Of a stretch of DNA of 38,057 nucleotides, positions 26,101 through 35,300 are shown piece by piece. This stretch comes from Myxococcales bacterium (GTDB lineage Bacteria; Myxococcota_A; UBA9042; GCA-2863065), in the NCBI GenBank assembly GCA_018780435.1, contig JADMJS010000239.1, positions 1-38,057 of the forward strand. Reading direction: 5' to 3'. Made by a program: the position numbers and the translations under genes. Under the pieces are notes generated by a model. That model made no database searches, was not told the DNA's origin, and saw only the letters and a program-made list of their open reading frames with translations. Position 1 is the first letter of the stretch. The number at the start of each line of letters is the position of its first letter.

Positions 26101-29100
26101 TACTCGTGTCGGCGGGCGATGACGTGGGGCCCGGGACCGCCGGCGCTCGTGATCGGGTCTGTAACGTACTCGTACTCTTCGAGCACGTCGGGCGTGCCAT
26201 CCGGGAGCGGGCCGATGCGCGCGATGACCCGTCCGAGGGCGTCGTAGGTGAGCGCGGTCTCGAGCCCAGTCGGATCCGAGACGCTGGCGATGAGATCCAA
26301 CGTCTCGTTCCATGTGGCGCTCCAGGTGAGGTCCGATGGGCCGTCCACCGTCTCGGTGAGCGGGTGGAGGAGGTCGGCGTCGTAGGTGAAGGTGCGCTCG
26401 ACGCCACCGCTGCGCTGGCGAGTCGGGAGGGCGAAGTCGCCATAGTCGGTCTCCGACTGCCGTACCCAGCGCCCAGTCTCCGGGGCGGTCTCCGGCAGGT
26501 CGATGGGGCCAAGCCAGGCGTCGGTCGCGACGACGAGGCCGGTCGTGACCGTACACGCGCAGAGGGACTCGCCGTCCGGATCGCAGCCCTGCACGCTCGC
26601 GAGCGTGGGGCGGCTGTCGTAGTGGGTGCGCGAGTAGCGGCGCACGGTGCCGTCGAGCTCCTGGAGGCGCTCGGCGCACACGACGCCCTGGACGCCGGTG
26701 GTCTCGTTCGAGGCGTAGCTGCGGTCCGTGACGACCTCGTCGCCATCGAGGTCTTCTCGGCCGTACTTCACCTCGCGGATGGGCTGGCCGAGGGCGTCGT
26801 GGGTGATGGTCGTGCGCGTGCGGAGCGGGGTGGGCTGCCCCTCGAAGACGAGAGTCCGGGTCTCGACGGCGCGGGCGACGCGGAGGCGCGCGTCGCCCGC
26901 GGGGAGGCCCTCGACCGGGAGGGCGTCCCAGAGGGTCACGGTCTCGGCGTAGAGCTTGCCGTCGCCGTCGGTCGTTCGCTCCCAGATGGGCTGGCCGCGG
27001 AGGACGCGGGACGCGCCGCGGCCCGACTCGAAGGCGGTGTCGATGATGCGCTCTTCCTGCGCGTTGCCGGTGCCGGCGACGGTCACGGTGCGGGCGCCGA
27101 GGAAGCCGCCGAAGACGCGCTCGTCCGTGTCCCAGAAGCCGTCGCGGACGCGGTAGACCGTGATGCGGTCGGGGTCGCCGGCGTGGCCGGTGTGGACGGT
27201 GGTCCGCCAGGGGACCGGCATGGCCATGGGGAGGCGCTCGGTCCAGGGCTCGTGCCATTCGGCGGCTTCGACCATCATCTCCGCCGAGCTGGCCCAGTCG
27301 AAGCGATGGCGTGCGCCGAGGCCGTTCCAGACGGTGGTGAGGAGCCCCGGGGTAGTGACGCCGACGAAGTCGATGCCGTGGATGCGGCCGCCGCCCGAGA
27401 AGACGAGGTCGGTGCTGCCGTTGGCGTTCAGGTCGGCGAGGGTGACAACGTCGTCGTAGTGGACCTCCTTCGGCTTGCGCACGGTGGCCGTGGGGTCCTT
27501 GGGGAAGCCGGTGGGGCGGCCGAGCCAGGCGAAGACGTTGCTGCTGCCGATGCGGACGAGGTCGATGAGGCCGTCTCGGTTAAGGTCGGCGAGACGGACG
27601 GCGTCGAGGTCGAAGTTCCCATCGCCCCAAGGGTATTCGAAGCGGACTGGGGGGGCGAAGGTGCCATCGCCGCGCCCGAAGCAGACGTGGAGCCGGGAAT
27701 TGCCCCAGAAGACGACGTCGGCGAGGCCGTCGCCGTTCCACTCGTGGACGGCGGTGCGCGGGTCTCCGAGAGCGATGACGGGCTCGTTCGGGGCGATGGG
27801 ACCGAGGTCCGAGAAGCGTTCGAGGCCCGCGTCGCGCATGAAGGCGACCGCGAGTCCGCCGGCGCGGCCCCAGAGCACGTCGGTGCGGCTATCGCCGTCG
27901 ACGTCGGCGAAGGCGTAGTCGGGGTGGTTCAGGGGGACGCCTTGGGTACCCGGCCAGCGGCCGGCGTCCGCGTAGTGGGGGACGCGCTCGTCCGGGAGGA
28001 CGCTCGCCGGATCGGCGGGCATGACGCGTAGCACCTGCCACTCGTCCGAGACGACGGAGAGCACCTCGGCCACGCCGTCGCCGGTGAGATCCATGAAGCG
28101 GAGGTCCGAGAGGTGACGCAGCCCGCCGCCGGGGAGCGGCGCGGTGGGGCCGAAGCGGTCGATGCGGCCGGGCTTCCAGGTCCGCTCGCCGAGGTCGAAG
28201 CGGGCGAGGTCGAGGACGCCGTCGCCGTCGATGTCGGCGAGGGTGGTGCCGCGCTGCTCCAGGGTCCAGCCGAAGGTGTCTTCGGGCTCGATGAGACGTG
28301 GGGCCCAGGTGCCGCCGTACTCGAAGGTGAGTGGTGGCGCCTCGGTGGTCCCGTCGGTCCCCGACATGCGCACGCCGGTGAGCCGGCTCAGCGCGACGCC
28401 GGGCTGGCCGTGGGGCGTGGCGCCGCCGGCGTCGTAGTCGAGCATGTAGCGGCGAAGGCGCTGGGGCTCGCCCCCGCCCGCAACGGTCACGGTCACGCCC
28501 ACGAGGCGGAGCCTGTTCACCTCGCGGTAGCCGCGCCGGTAGCTGACCACCGCGTCGCTGCGGGACTCGTAGTCGAGCTGGGCGCGGTAGCGGCGGATGC
28601 CGCCGGTCTCGGGCCCCCAGTGGAGGCTAACGAGGTAGGGCACGCCGCCGTCGATGGTCCACTCGCAGGCGTACTCATGGCCGTGGATGCTGGTCGCGCG
28701 GGTGAGGAGCCAGCCGAAGGGCCGTACGCCCGAGCCGGGCGTCTCGGCGCCTTCGGGCCCGAAGGGTCGGTCAAAGACGTAGAGCGAGCCATTCGGGAGA
28801 CGCACGTCGAAGCCCCCCGCCGTCCGCCAGACCCGAACGCGCTGGCCGCTGCCCTCGACGCGCCACTGCCCGCCGGGGGGCGAGACCAGTCGGCCGCCGC
28901 CATCGAGCCCGAGGAGCTCGAACTCATCCACTCGGCCGCCGTCCGCGTCGCCCGGGTCGACGTAGACGGGCACCCCATGGCGAGTCGAGCGGACGATGCG
29001 GGGCACCTCCATCTGCCAGCCAATCCCGAGCGGCCCATTGCCGAGCCCGCCGTCGTACTCGAGCGAGAGCGACGGCGCGAAGCCCGTGGGACCCGCCGGC

Positions 29101-29339
29101 AGCGCAATCGGGACGGAGTAGGTCACTTGCCCGCGGAAGGCCGACACGGACGGCGAGTCGGCGAGGCCGCGGATGGAGCCCGGCCCCGACGGCAGCGTGA
29201 CCGTCTCGGCCGTCGCGGCGCCGGCCGAGGGGCGCTCGAAGGCCGAGGCCGAGCTGGCGCACAGGAGCGCGGCGCCCAGGGTGAGGAGCGCGCGGGCCCT
29301 AGCCTGCCGTGGGCGGGCGACCGTCACGGGGCGGTGCAC
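23151..29339 (-). CDS. Sec-signal RHS-repeat toxin with TcB-TcC-fusion-like architecture: SpvB N-domain, FG-GAP-like beta-propeller, RHS/YD shell with a DPxG cleavage motif, and a C-terminal HNH nuclease domain.
   Basis: The GTG at 29339 gives VHRPVTVARPRQARARALLTLGAALLCASSASA|FE; the exact start is uncertain and the track ORF extends to 29564. SpvB motif: PIALPAGPTGFAPSLSLEYDGGLGNGPLGIGWQMEVPRIVRSTRHGVPVY. Propeller repeats: DIDGDGVLDL, DLTGDGVAEV, DVDGDSRTDV, WNGDGLADV, DLNRDGLIDL. Many YD repeats. RHS core end: RWYSPEIARWLSSDP...LLWDPDGRS. HNH: CPTCGK...DVDHQPP...YNTGTRLECPGCNRS. Confidence 0.8.
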   Translation of the reverse strand: MHRPVTVARPRQARARALLTLGAALLCASSASAFERPSAGAATAETVTLPSGPGSIRGLADSPSVSAFRGQVTYSVPIALPAGPTGFAPSLSLEYDGGLGNGPLGIGWQMEVPRIVRSTRHGVPVYVDPGDADGGRVDEFELLGLDGGGRLVSPPGGQWRVEGSGQRVRVWRTAGGFDVRLPNGSLYVFDRPFGPEGAETPGSGVRPFGWLLTRATSIHGHEYACEWTIDGGVPYLVSLHWGPETGGIRRYRAQLDYESRSDAVVSYRRGYREVNRLRLVGVTVTVAGGGEPQRLRRYMLDYDAGGATPHGQPGVALSRLTGVRMSGTDGTTEAPPLTFEYGGTWAPRLIEPEDTFGWTLEQRGTTLADIDGDGVLDLARFDLGERTWKPGRIDRFGPTAPLPGGGLRHLSDLRFMDLTGDGVAEVLSVVSDEWQVLRVMPADPASVLPDERVPHYADAGRWPGTQGVPLNHPDYAFADVDGDSRTDVLWGRAGGLAVAFMRDAGLERFSDLGPIAPNEPVIALGDPRTAVHEWNGDGLADVVFWGNSRLHVCFGRGDGTFAPPVRFEYPWGDGNFDLDAVRLADLNRDGLIDLVRIGSSNVFAWLGRPTGFPKDPTATVRKPKEVHYDDVVTLADLNANGSTDLVFSGGGRIHGIDFVGVTTPGLLTTVWNGLGARHRFDWASSAEMMVEAAEWHEPWTERLPMAMPVPWRTTVHTGHAGDPDRITVYRVRDGFWDTDERVFGGFLGARTVTVAGTGNAQEERIIDTAFESGRGASRVLRGQPIWERTTDGDGKLYAETVTLWDALPVEGLPAGDARLRVARAVETRTLVFEGQPTPLRTRTTITHDALGQPIREVKYGREDLDGDEVVTDRSYASNETTGVQGVVCAERLQELDGTVRRYSRTHYDSRPTLASVQGCDPDGESLCACTVTTGLVVATDAWLGPIDLPETAPETGRWVRQSETDYGDFALPTRQRSGGVERTFTYDADLLHPLTETVDGPSDLTWSATWNETLDLIASVSDPTGLETALTYDALGRVIARIGPLPDGTPDVLEEYEYVTDPITSAGGPGPHVIARRHEYGAADDGLSVTAVNGLGEPRYTVTFTGTTGTTAGPWLVSGYRERNRLGLTTRLVSPYATNVDPREAAAPAPPEGHPSQRLVYDAQRRVIEHHLPPTPSLPDGVTQIASIGRFTVSTGQTWTYQGPTGAPVAMSGAVSTVESDGLGRAIRATRLVTGAPEETEVQETVYDAAGAILTEDLQEGRVVRTFVTDSLGRLRRASDPDSGVRLWTWDDDRRLVASENGESDRIEYGYDSAARLTSRRLLSATLEELSTFRYDTPLSGCSAGEGGGLGRLLGVTLDLVESGTPTERLETTCWSFGPDGRQFRSTRDLLGKTLSTESTFSPSGLVLASTLADDDTDRLALSQSFDAATRLLRVDVQRPGLDEDPVLLWAATGYDENGALRGEQLGSGAGTAYERDALGLVTRVRVGDAMALTPVVGAGASPGAAADLEAALWDLPPPAVRLDLGVRYDGIGAPVDVTDFASSTGLDQTARYAYDPAGRLVGAALGSGPSPLTFTYSYDALQNLTSRTASTSVSGLVARLGTYTYGGTAHPRRLVSAAGLTLGYDDAGRTTSYADWDQRFDADDRIRSVVRTGLDPLSYQYGADGERIASWEDDVLTERRFGPSLLHRPVEGELQLYLQVGDRPVARIDLPDEVPSTAGPVEVRYLNKGVSAGPVLVTGADASLLEERIYEPYGPLLATEGPGGDEPYGWLNKPVDPNTLWTDHGARWYSPEIARWLSSDPLSWAAPMEQLPFAYVGGAPTLLWDPDGRSLTDHGGDHLPPTAKDIGEAYVAGFSTATQVVGKAIWGVTYGPIVDGAKKMYEGGAQAVQGAVNTAAEGGFAPDWTSRAESSQRSNRQISTGIAKFESGAAEVAITAATHLVALDETMSVGQSLATADDLASKGAANVAKRPSGFRKHTVQNAWDDAASGSQAGTKACPTCGKDVKVAPGQGRRDWDVDHQPPWSKRDHTDMTRKEVLDDYNTGTRLECPGCNRSRGGDPAP

Positions 29340-32300
29340 GCATTCGAGACGCAGCTGCCGGACTGGCACTCGTCGCCGTTGTTGCAGCTCGCGCTCCCGG
29401 CCTTCTTCGCGTTGCAGGCGCCGTTCGTGGCGCAATCGTAGCCAGCTTGGCAGCAGAAATAGCCGGTGACGCAGTGAGACGATGTCGTACAGCTCGAACG
29501 GCACGAGGACCCATCTGCACAGGTGAGCGAGTTGGCACAGGCCGACGCCGAGCCAGCGGAACACTGCTGGGTGCTATTGCACTCCGGCGGCGGCGTCAAT
29601 TCAGCGTTGCTGCAGCTCGCGCTTCCGCAAGTGGAGCCGGCGGCCTCTGCGGTGCAAGTGCCGAGTGAGCCCGCGATGTTGCAGGCGAAGCAGGTGCTCG
29701 TACAGGTCGTGTCGCAGCAGCGATCATCGACACAGTTCCCTGAACCGCATTGATATCCAAGCGTGCATGTGCTCCCCTGAGCCAGCTCCTCCTCGCACGT
29801 CTGCGTCGACGGGGAACAGTAGTAGCCGTCCATGCAGTCCGAGTGGGTGTCGCATGCCGCCGGACAAACCCCGTTCGCCTCACAGAGGAAGGGCGCACAG
29901 TCGACGTGTTCGGAACCTGCCGCGACATCGAGGCACTGACCTTCGAAGCTCGGTTCGCTGCACGTCCGACAGACCTCGGCACACGCCGAGTCGCAGCAGG
30001 TGCCCTCGGCGCAGAATCCAGACTCGCACGCCTCGGGTGAGCCACAGTTCGCACCAAGCCCTTGGACCGGCTCACACGCGTGGGATACCGAATTGCAGTA
30101 GTGACCAGCAGTGCAGTCCGTGTGGCCTTCACAGGACGTCGCGCAAGCCCCCCCCGCGACGTCGTCACAGTACACGTAGGCTCCGCACAAGGTCTCCTCG
30201 GAGCCGAGCGGCACTGGAACGCACTGACCGACGTTGCCTTCTGCGGCACAGGTCACACACGGGCCGTCGCACTCGGCGGCACAACACACTCCGTCGACGC
30301 AAGCCCCGCTCGCGCACTCGACATCATCCTCGCAGCCCTGGCCCGGCGCGTACTTCGCGATGCAGGTCCCGGTGGGTGAGGGCCCTTCGCCCGGATTGCA
30401 GAACGCTTGCGTCGAGCAAGTCGCGTGATCTTGGCACGACGTCATGCACTCACCCCCTCCGCCGCACAACGCGTAGTTGCCGCAGCCACTCGTGGGCGTC
30501 CCTGGCGGGCGCGCTTCGCACTCCCCGCTCAGATTGCACGACCGACACGCCCCGGTACAGGCTGAGTTGCAGCAACGCGCGTCAACGCAGAAGCCCGTGA
30601 TGCACTCGTCGGGGTCGACGCAGAGGTCTCCTGGCGGAAGCAGCGTTGGTGAACCGCCCGAGAGACCACTCACTCCAGCAAAGTCGACGCTCTTGGAGCC
30701 GTTGCTAACGGAGATGTAGTCGAACCGAATCAGAACATCGTCGATCTGGTTCAGGATCGCCGAACCCTGATCGAGTAGGCCGTGATACGGGAACACCAGG
30801 AGGTAGTTGCCATAGAGTCCACGCCCGGCGAGCTCGTCGGAGCCGCCCTCGGCGTAGCCATCCTTGTACAGGTCGCTCCTGCGGACGTTTACCCATGCGT
30901 TCACGTGCGACCATGCATACGTCTCGCCCATGGGCATGGAAGCGTCGTCGATATCCCTGAAGTGGTTGATCATTGGGCGCCAAGAGCCCACCTGCCGGGG
31001 CAAGTCGCCGTGCGCGGTGGGGTCGCCACACCACTGACTCTCGAAGCTGTTGTGCTTGAGGATGAAGAGGGGCACCGATGGCGACGTTAGCGACAAAAGG
31101 TCGCCCTCAACCGAAGCGGCTACGGACCAGACCCTCTCGGCGCAGCGGTAGAGAAGCTCCGATTGCGGGGTCAGCGCAAAGGGAATTCCTCGTCCAATAT
31201 ACTTACCTTGGTCATCGTATAGCGCGTGACGTGGGTCAGTGAGTGCTGTTCGAAGGCGGTCGATTGGGTCCGGTCGGTGTTCTGCCTCGCACTCAAGGGC
31301 ACACGTGAAGTCGTCACAGGAGTGATCAGACAAGGCGAGCAGGTCGTCGCGCAGAGACAAAACCCCCGCTTTCTCGTCGGGTCGTGCGCCTCCGATCGAG
31401 CGTGTCGCCAGCTCGATTTCCACGGCACGCAGAAGTGCGTCCAGCTCGGCCAGCGAGACGTCGGTTACCACGTTCGGGTCCGTGCCGAGTCGGTGGACCG
31501 CGTCCAGGGTTCGCGAGAGCACCTCGTCCGGGAAACTGATTGTCGACTGGCCCTCATGCTCAGCTGCTCGCACAACAAGACCCAGCATCTTCATCGCCCA
31601 TTCGAGCTGCCTCACCGCGCGTTCTTGGTCCGACGTGAGCACTTCGCTTGAGAGGGCTTCGATGGTGCGCAAGGAGATGTCTTCTGCAGGGCGGAGTTCA
31701 TCCCACGTTGCATCGGGATCTGATGCACCTTGAAGGCGTTTGTGGCGGCTCAAGGCCTGTGATAGCGCAAATGCGCCGCCGTCGCGTTGAGATTCAAGCT
31801 CTTGCTGAAGCTGGTTTGCCACTACCATGCTGCGAGCACCTTCGAGGAGGTCCGTTTGAATACCGGTGGTGATCGCGTCGATCTGGAATTTGCTTCTCGC
31901 TACCTCCAGCCAGCAACCTTTCGTTTCCTTCACCGCAGTTATTTTTAACTGAAGTGCTTCAAATGCGTTCTCTGAACGAAGAACTGAACGGTCGATTTCA
32001 TCAGCGACGAGTCCAGCGGCCGTGCTGGCTGCAGCACTTGCTGCCGATGCGCCCAATGTTGCGAACGAGTTGAATAGACCGTTCAGAATTCCGACAGCGG
32101 CTCCAGACGCCTGATGTATCTCCATTTGCCGCAATCGCAGGGCAGCTAGTTCTGATTGTGCCTCAATCACAACCTTGCTGGCATTCTCCAGCAGAATGCA
32201 ATACTGAGATTGCGCAAAAATTGAATTCAAGGCAGCCATTAGTGACGCGCGAGCCGTTACAATCCGAGAACGAGCAGCATAGACCCCGAGAAGTGCTTGT

Positions 32301-35300
32301 CCCATGTCTCCATGGAGACACTGTCCCAGCAAGGCAGTGTCGACCTGTTCTCCAGAGACCTGGGGTGAGCCGTCATCAATCACAAACTGCTCGGCCAATT
32401 GTCTGCAAGTCGAGTAGATCGAGGCCAGGGATCTACCGTGCAGGTATGCTTGACATCCATCGGCGCTCGGCGAAGGGACAAGATCGGGGTAACCAGAGAG
32501 TTCGGTGGCGATCTCAGGCTGGTACGCAACGTGCCGACCCTCGAATCGCGAGTACACCTCAGAAAAATTCGGAGTGCTTGGCGTATAAAACAATGGAATC
32601 CCAGAAGCGACCGTTGGCACATTCTCGACCGCACCAAGGCCAAGGTGCGTGTCGAGTCTTGACCAAATATCCACCGGAGATGCTCCTCCCTCGCCACCGA
32701 TTGAAACGGGAAGTAATGCTGCCGGATTGTAAAATGAATCCATTGTGCTGCCTACCCAGTGGCATTCAGGGAACCCGTTGAGTTCTAAAACATTCCACCA
32801 CCCATCCGTAAGTTGGATATCGTCGAAATATGGAGACGTCATCGTAGGTACTCCGTTCAGTCCACATTTGATGCCAATGGCGCGCAGAGTGGGAAGGTCA
32901 AGTGGTAGGAGAGGATCCTGAACTGGCAGTCCGAAATGCTTCTCTGCCTGCAGCAACTGATCGCTGTGCGAACCAGCGTCTGCCTCCTGTCGCAATCTTC
33001 CATCGGAAAGCCAGTCCGCCGAACCATAGACCGGCCAGACGATCGGATCCCCCGACCTTAGCGACGGCCTACTATTGTCCTCGTCTCTCTCCGCCTCGCT
33101 ATAACTAAATATGCTCCAAGTGTTATTGCTATACTTGTACTCAGGCTCACTCGGGATCGAAGTCGCATTAAGGTTCGATACGATCTCGTTCTCAATTTCA
33201 CTAATTATGTCTGTTGCAATCCAACTGTCTTTAACCCATGGTATCCACGTCACCGCTCTAAAGAATCCTTTGTTATTATAATTGTCTTGCTCAGACTCCC
33301 TTTGGTATTCAACGATTCCATTGCTGCATCCTGACGTAGGTGACCGCTCGAAAATATCGCGAGCTGTACGTTGCTGACATCCATCGTCGAGCATTCTCTC
33401 CGCTGCATTCTGTCCCAGCCGCGACATTGCTCGCATCGAGGAGGCCGTGCATACCAGGGCCCTGAGTGCCACGAGCTCGGTCGCGCCGGTAGCGGCGCAT
33501 CTCGCCTGATTGGCCAGCGATAGTGAGTATGCGTGCATGAATTGACCGCATGTTGTCCCGTTACCACCTACTATGATACCCTTGTTATACTCTATAAAGC
33601 ACTTCATGGCGGAGTTAGTAAACGGGGTCTGTTTCCCTCCTGGACCTTTCTGTTGATCGTTTGACGAGTCAAAAATTGCTTCCGCTATGCTTACCTGAAG
33701 CTTCCGATCGTTCAGTTCTAGCTCAACACGTCGTCGGTCATACCCGCACAAGGCAGCCAACCGACTGCCGTAACGTTCCTTGATGGAATGCACCTCTGAC
33801 TTGCGGTCTTCCTCGGCACGCGACATTGAGAGTTGCCGCTCAAGATGGCTCTGAAGGGTACCCCGAAGTCGTTCGACGCCCGCGGAAGCCTCCGCGAAGG
33901 CGGGCCGCGCCCAGTTGTTGAGCAAATAGTCCGACGTTGCGAAGAACTTCGAGTTGGTGCCCGCGGGATCGACGAAGTAGATGGGAACATCCGTGGAGTC
34001 GCACAGGCCGGAGCCGTCGTCCCAGATATCACACGGTGGAACGTCGAAGAGCCCGGAGGCGATCTTCTGATTGAGGCCCACGATGAGGTCTGACCAAAGC
34101 TCCAGCACAGGCGCAGTGGCCTCGCCAGCCGTGTTGACCAACGAAGCGAAGATGCCGGCCATGCTCAGGCTCATGGTGAATGTCGCGGTCTCCGCGGCGT
34201 CGTCGCCCTCCACGACTGAGACCTTGTTGCCGGTTAGCCGGCGGAATGCGACCGAGAGCCCCTTTACGGTCCCGAGCAGGCTGTCTCTCAACGTCACGCC
34301 CCCGACGTTGCCAAGTCCCACGGCATCCAGGAAGCTCTGATCCTGCTGCGATGCGGGTACGTCCTGGACTGCTCGGAGGTACCCTGCGGCGAGGCGCTGG
34401 ACTGACTTTGCGAGTTCGATCACCGGTGCTTCCGGCTGTGGCTCGAACTCCCCCGCGTCATGGTTGCCAATCAGGGCCTTGGCCTTCCTGGAGTTGGCAG
34501 CGTAGTCGATGGCGAACAGAGCCACCTGTAGTACCTGCGTGACGCGCTTCATCAGCACGGCTCCAGCCGATGCGTGACCCGACTCGAATGCCCGTTGGGC
34601 CCAGAACATGGCTCCAACGAGCTGAACTCTGCCGATGCAGTCGCGGGAGCGGAACAGCGTTTCCATGCGAAGCTTGAGGTCTGGATCCGTCGTCGAGTGA
34701 CTCGGTGGTGGCAACGGTGATGAGAGGTCCTGGATGCAGGCCTGCGCCATCTTCTCATAGGTCGCTTCGTTTTCGGTAGCTCCGAGCCCAGCTCTGTCGG
34801 CCCAGTGCGCGAAGCCGAGCGCGACCGGAACGATCGAGGCACCGTTGTGGCGTTCGAGCGCCGGCTCGCGGCTGATCGGAAGGATGGTCGCAGAGAAGTC
34901 GTCGGCCGCGCTCTGCTCGAATCCGGCCGTTGGATCGTAGGCGACGAAACGATGCGAGCAGGCCATCGCACGCCGCGCCTGCCAGTCGGCGAGAGACTCC
35001 CCCGATGTAGGCTCGAACTCAGGGCGGTCTAGCGGACAGAACCCGATGGTCTTGGCCCCCGCACCTGGGAAGATTACGGATACGTCGAACTCATCGCTGC
35101 ACGTCGCGTCGCACTGGGTCTCCAGAGTCGATCCGCTCGTTCGGTCGCACGGAACGAGGAGGTGCTGGGAAATCTCGTAGGCGAATGGCGGTGTAACGAA
35201 ATGACCGTCCTCAAGAGCCTCATAGGCCAGAGAGCAGATGGCCTCGGGGTCGGCCTGGGTGGAATCGAGCTCGCGGCCGAGCGAATCGAGGCAGGCGGCG

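Noticed and set aside
25878-28031. 717-aa plus-strand ORF antisense to the RHS gene; similar long antisense ORFs occur at 9894-11090(-), 10675-12084(-), 7306-7974(-), 5440-6234(+) and 24000-29400 (several).
   Set aside because: All are Arg/Ala/Gly/Pro-rich low-complexity translations, typical of stop-codon-poor frames in ~70% GC DNA. They overlap genes that carry strong domain motifs on the other strand or frame.
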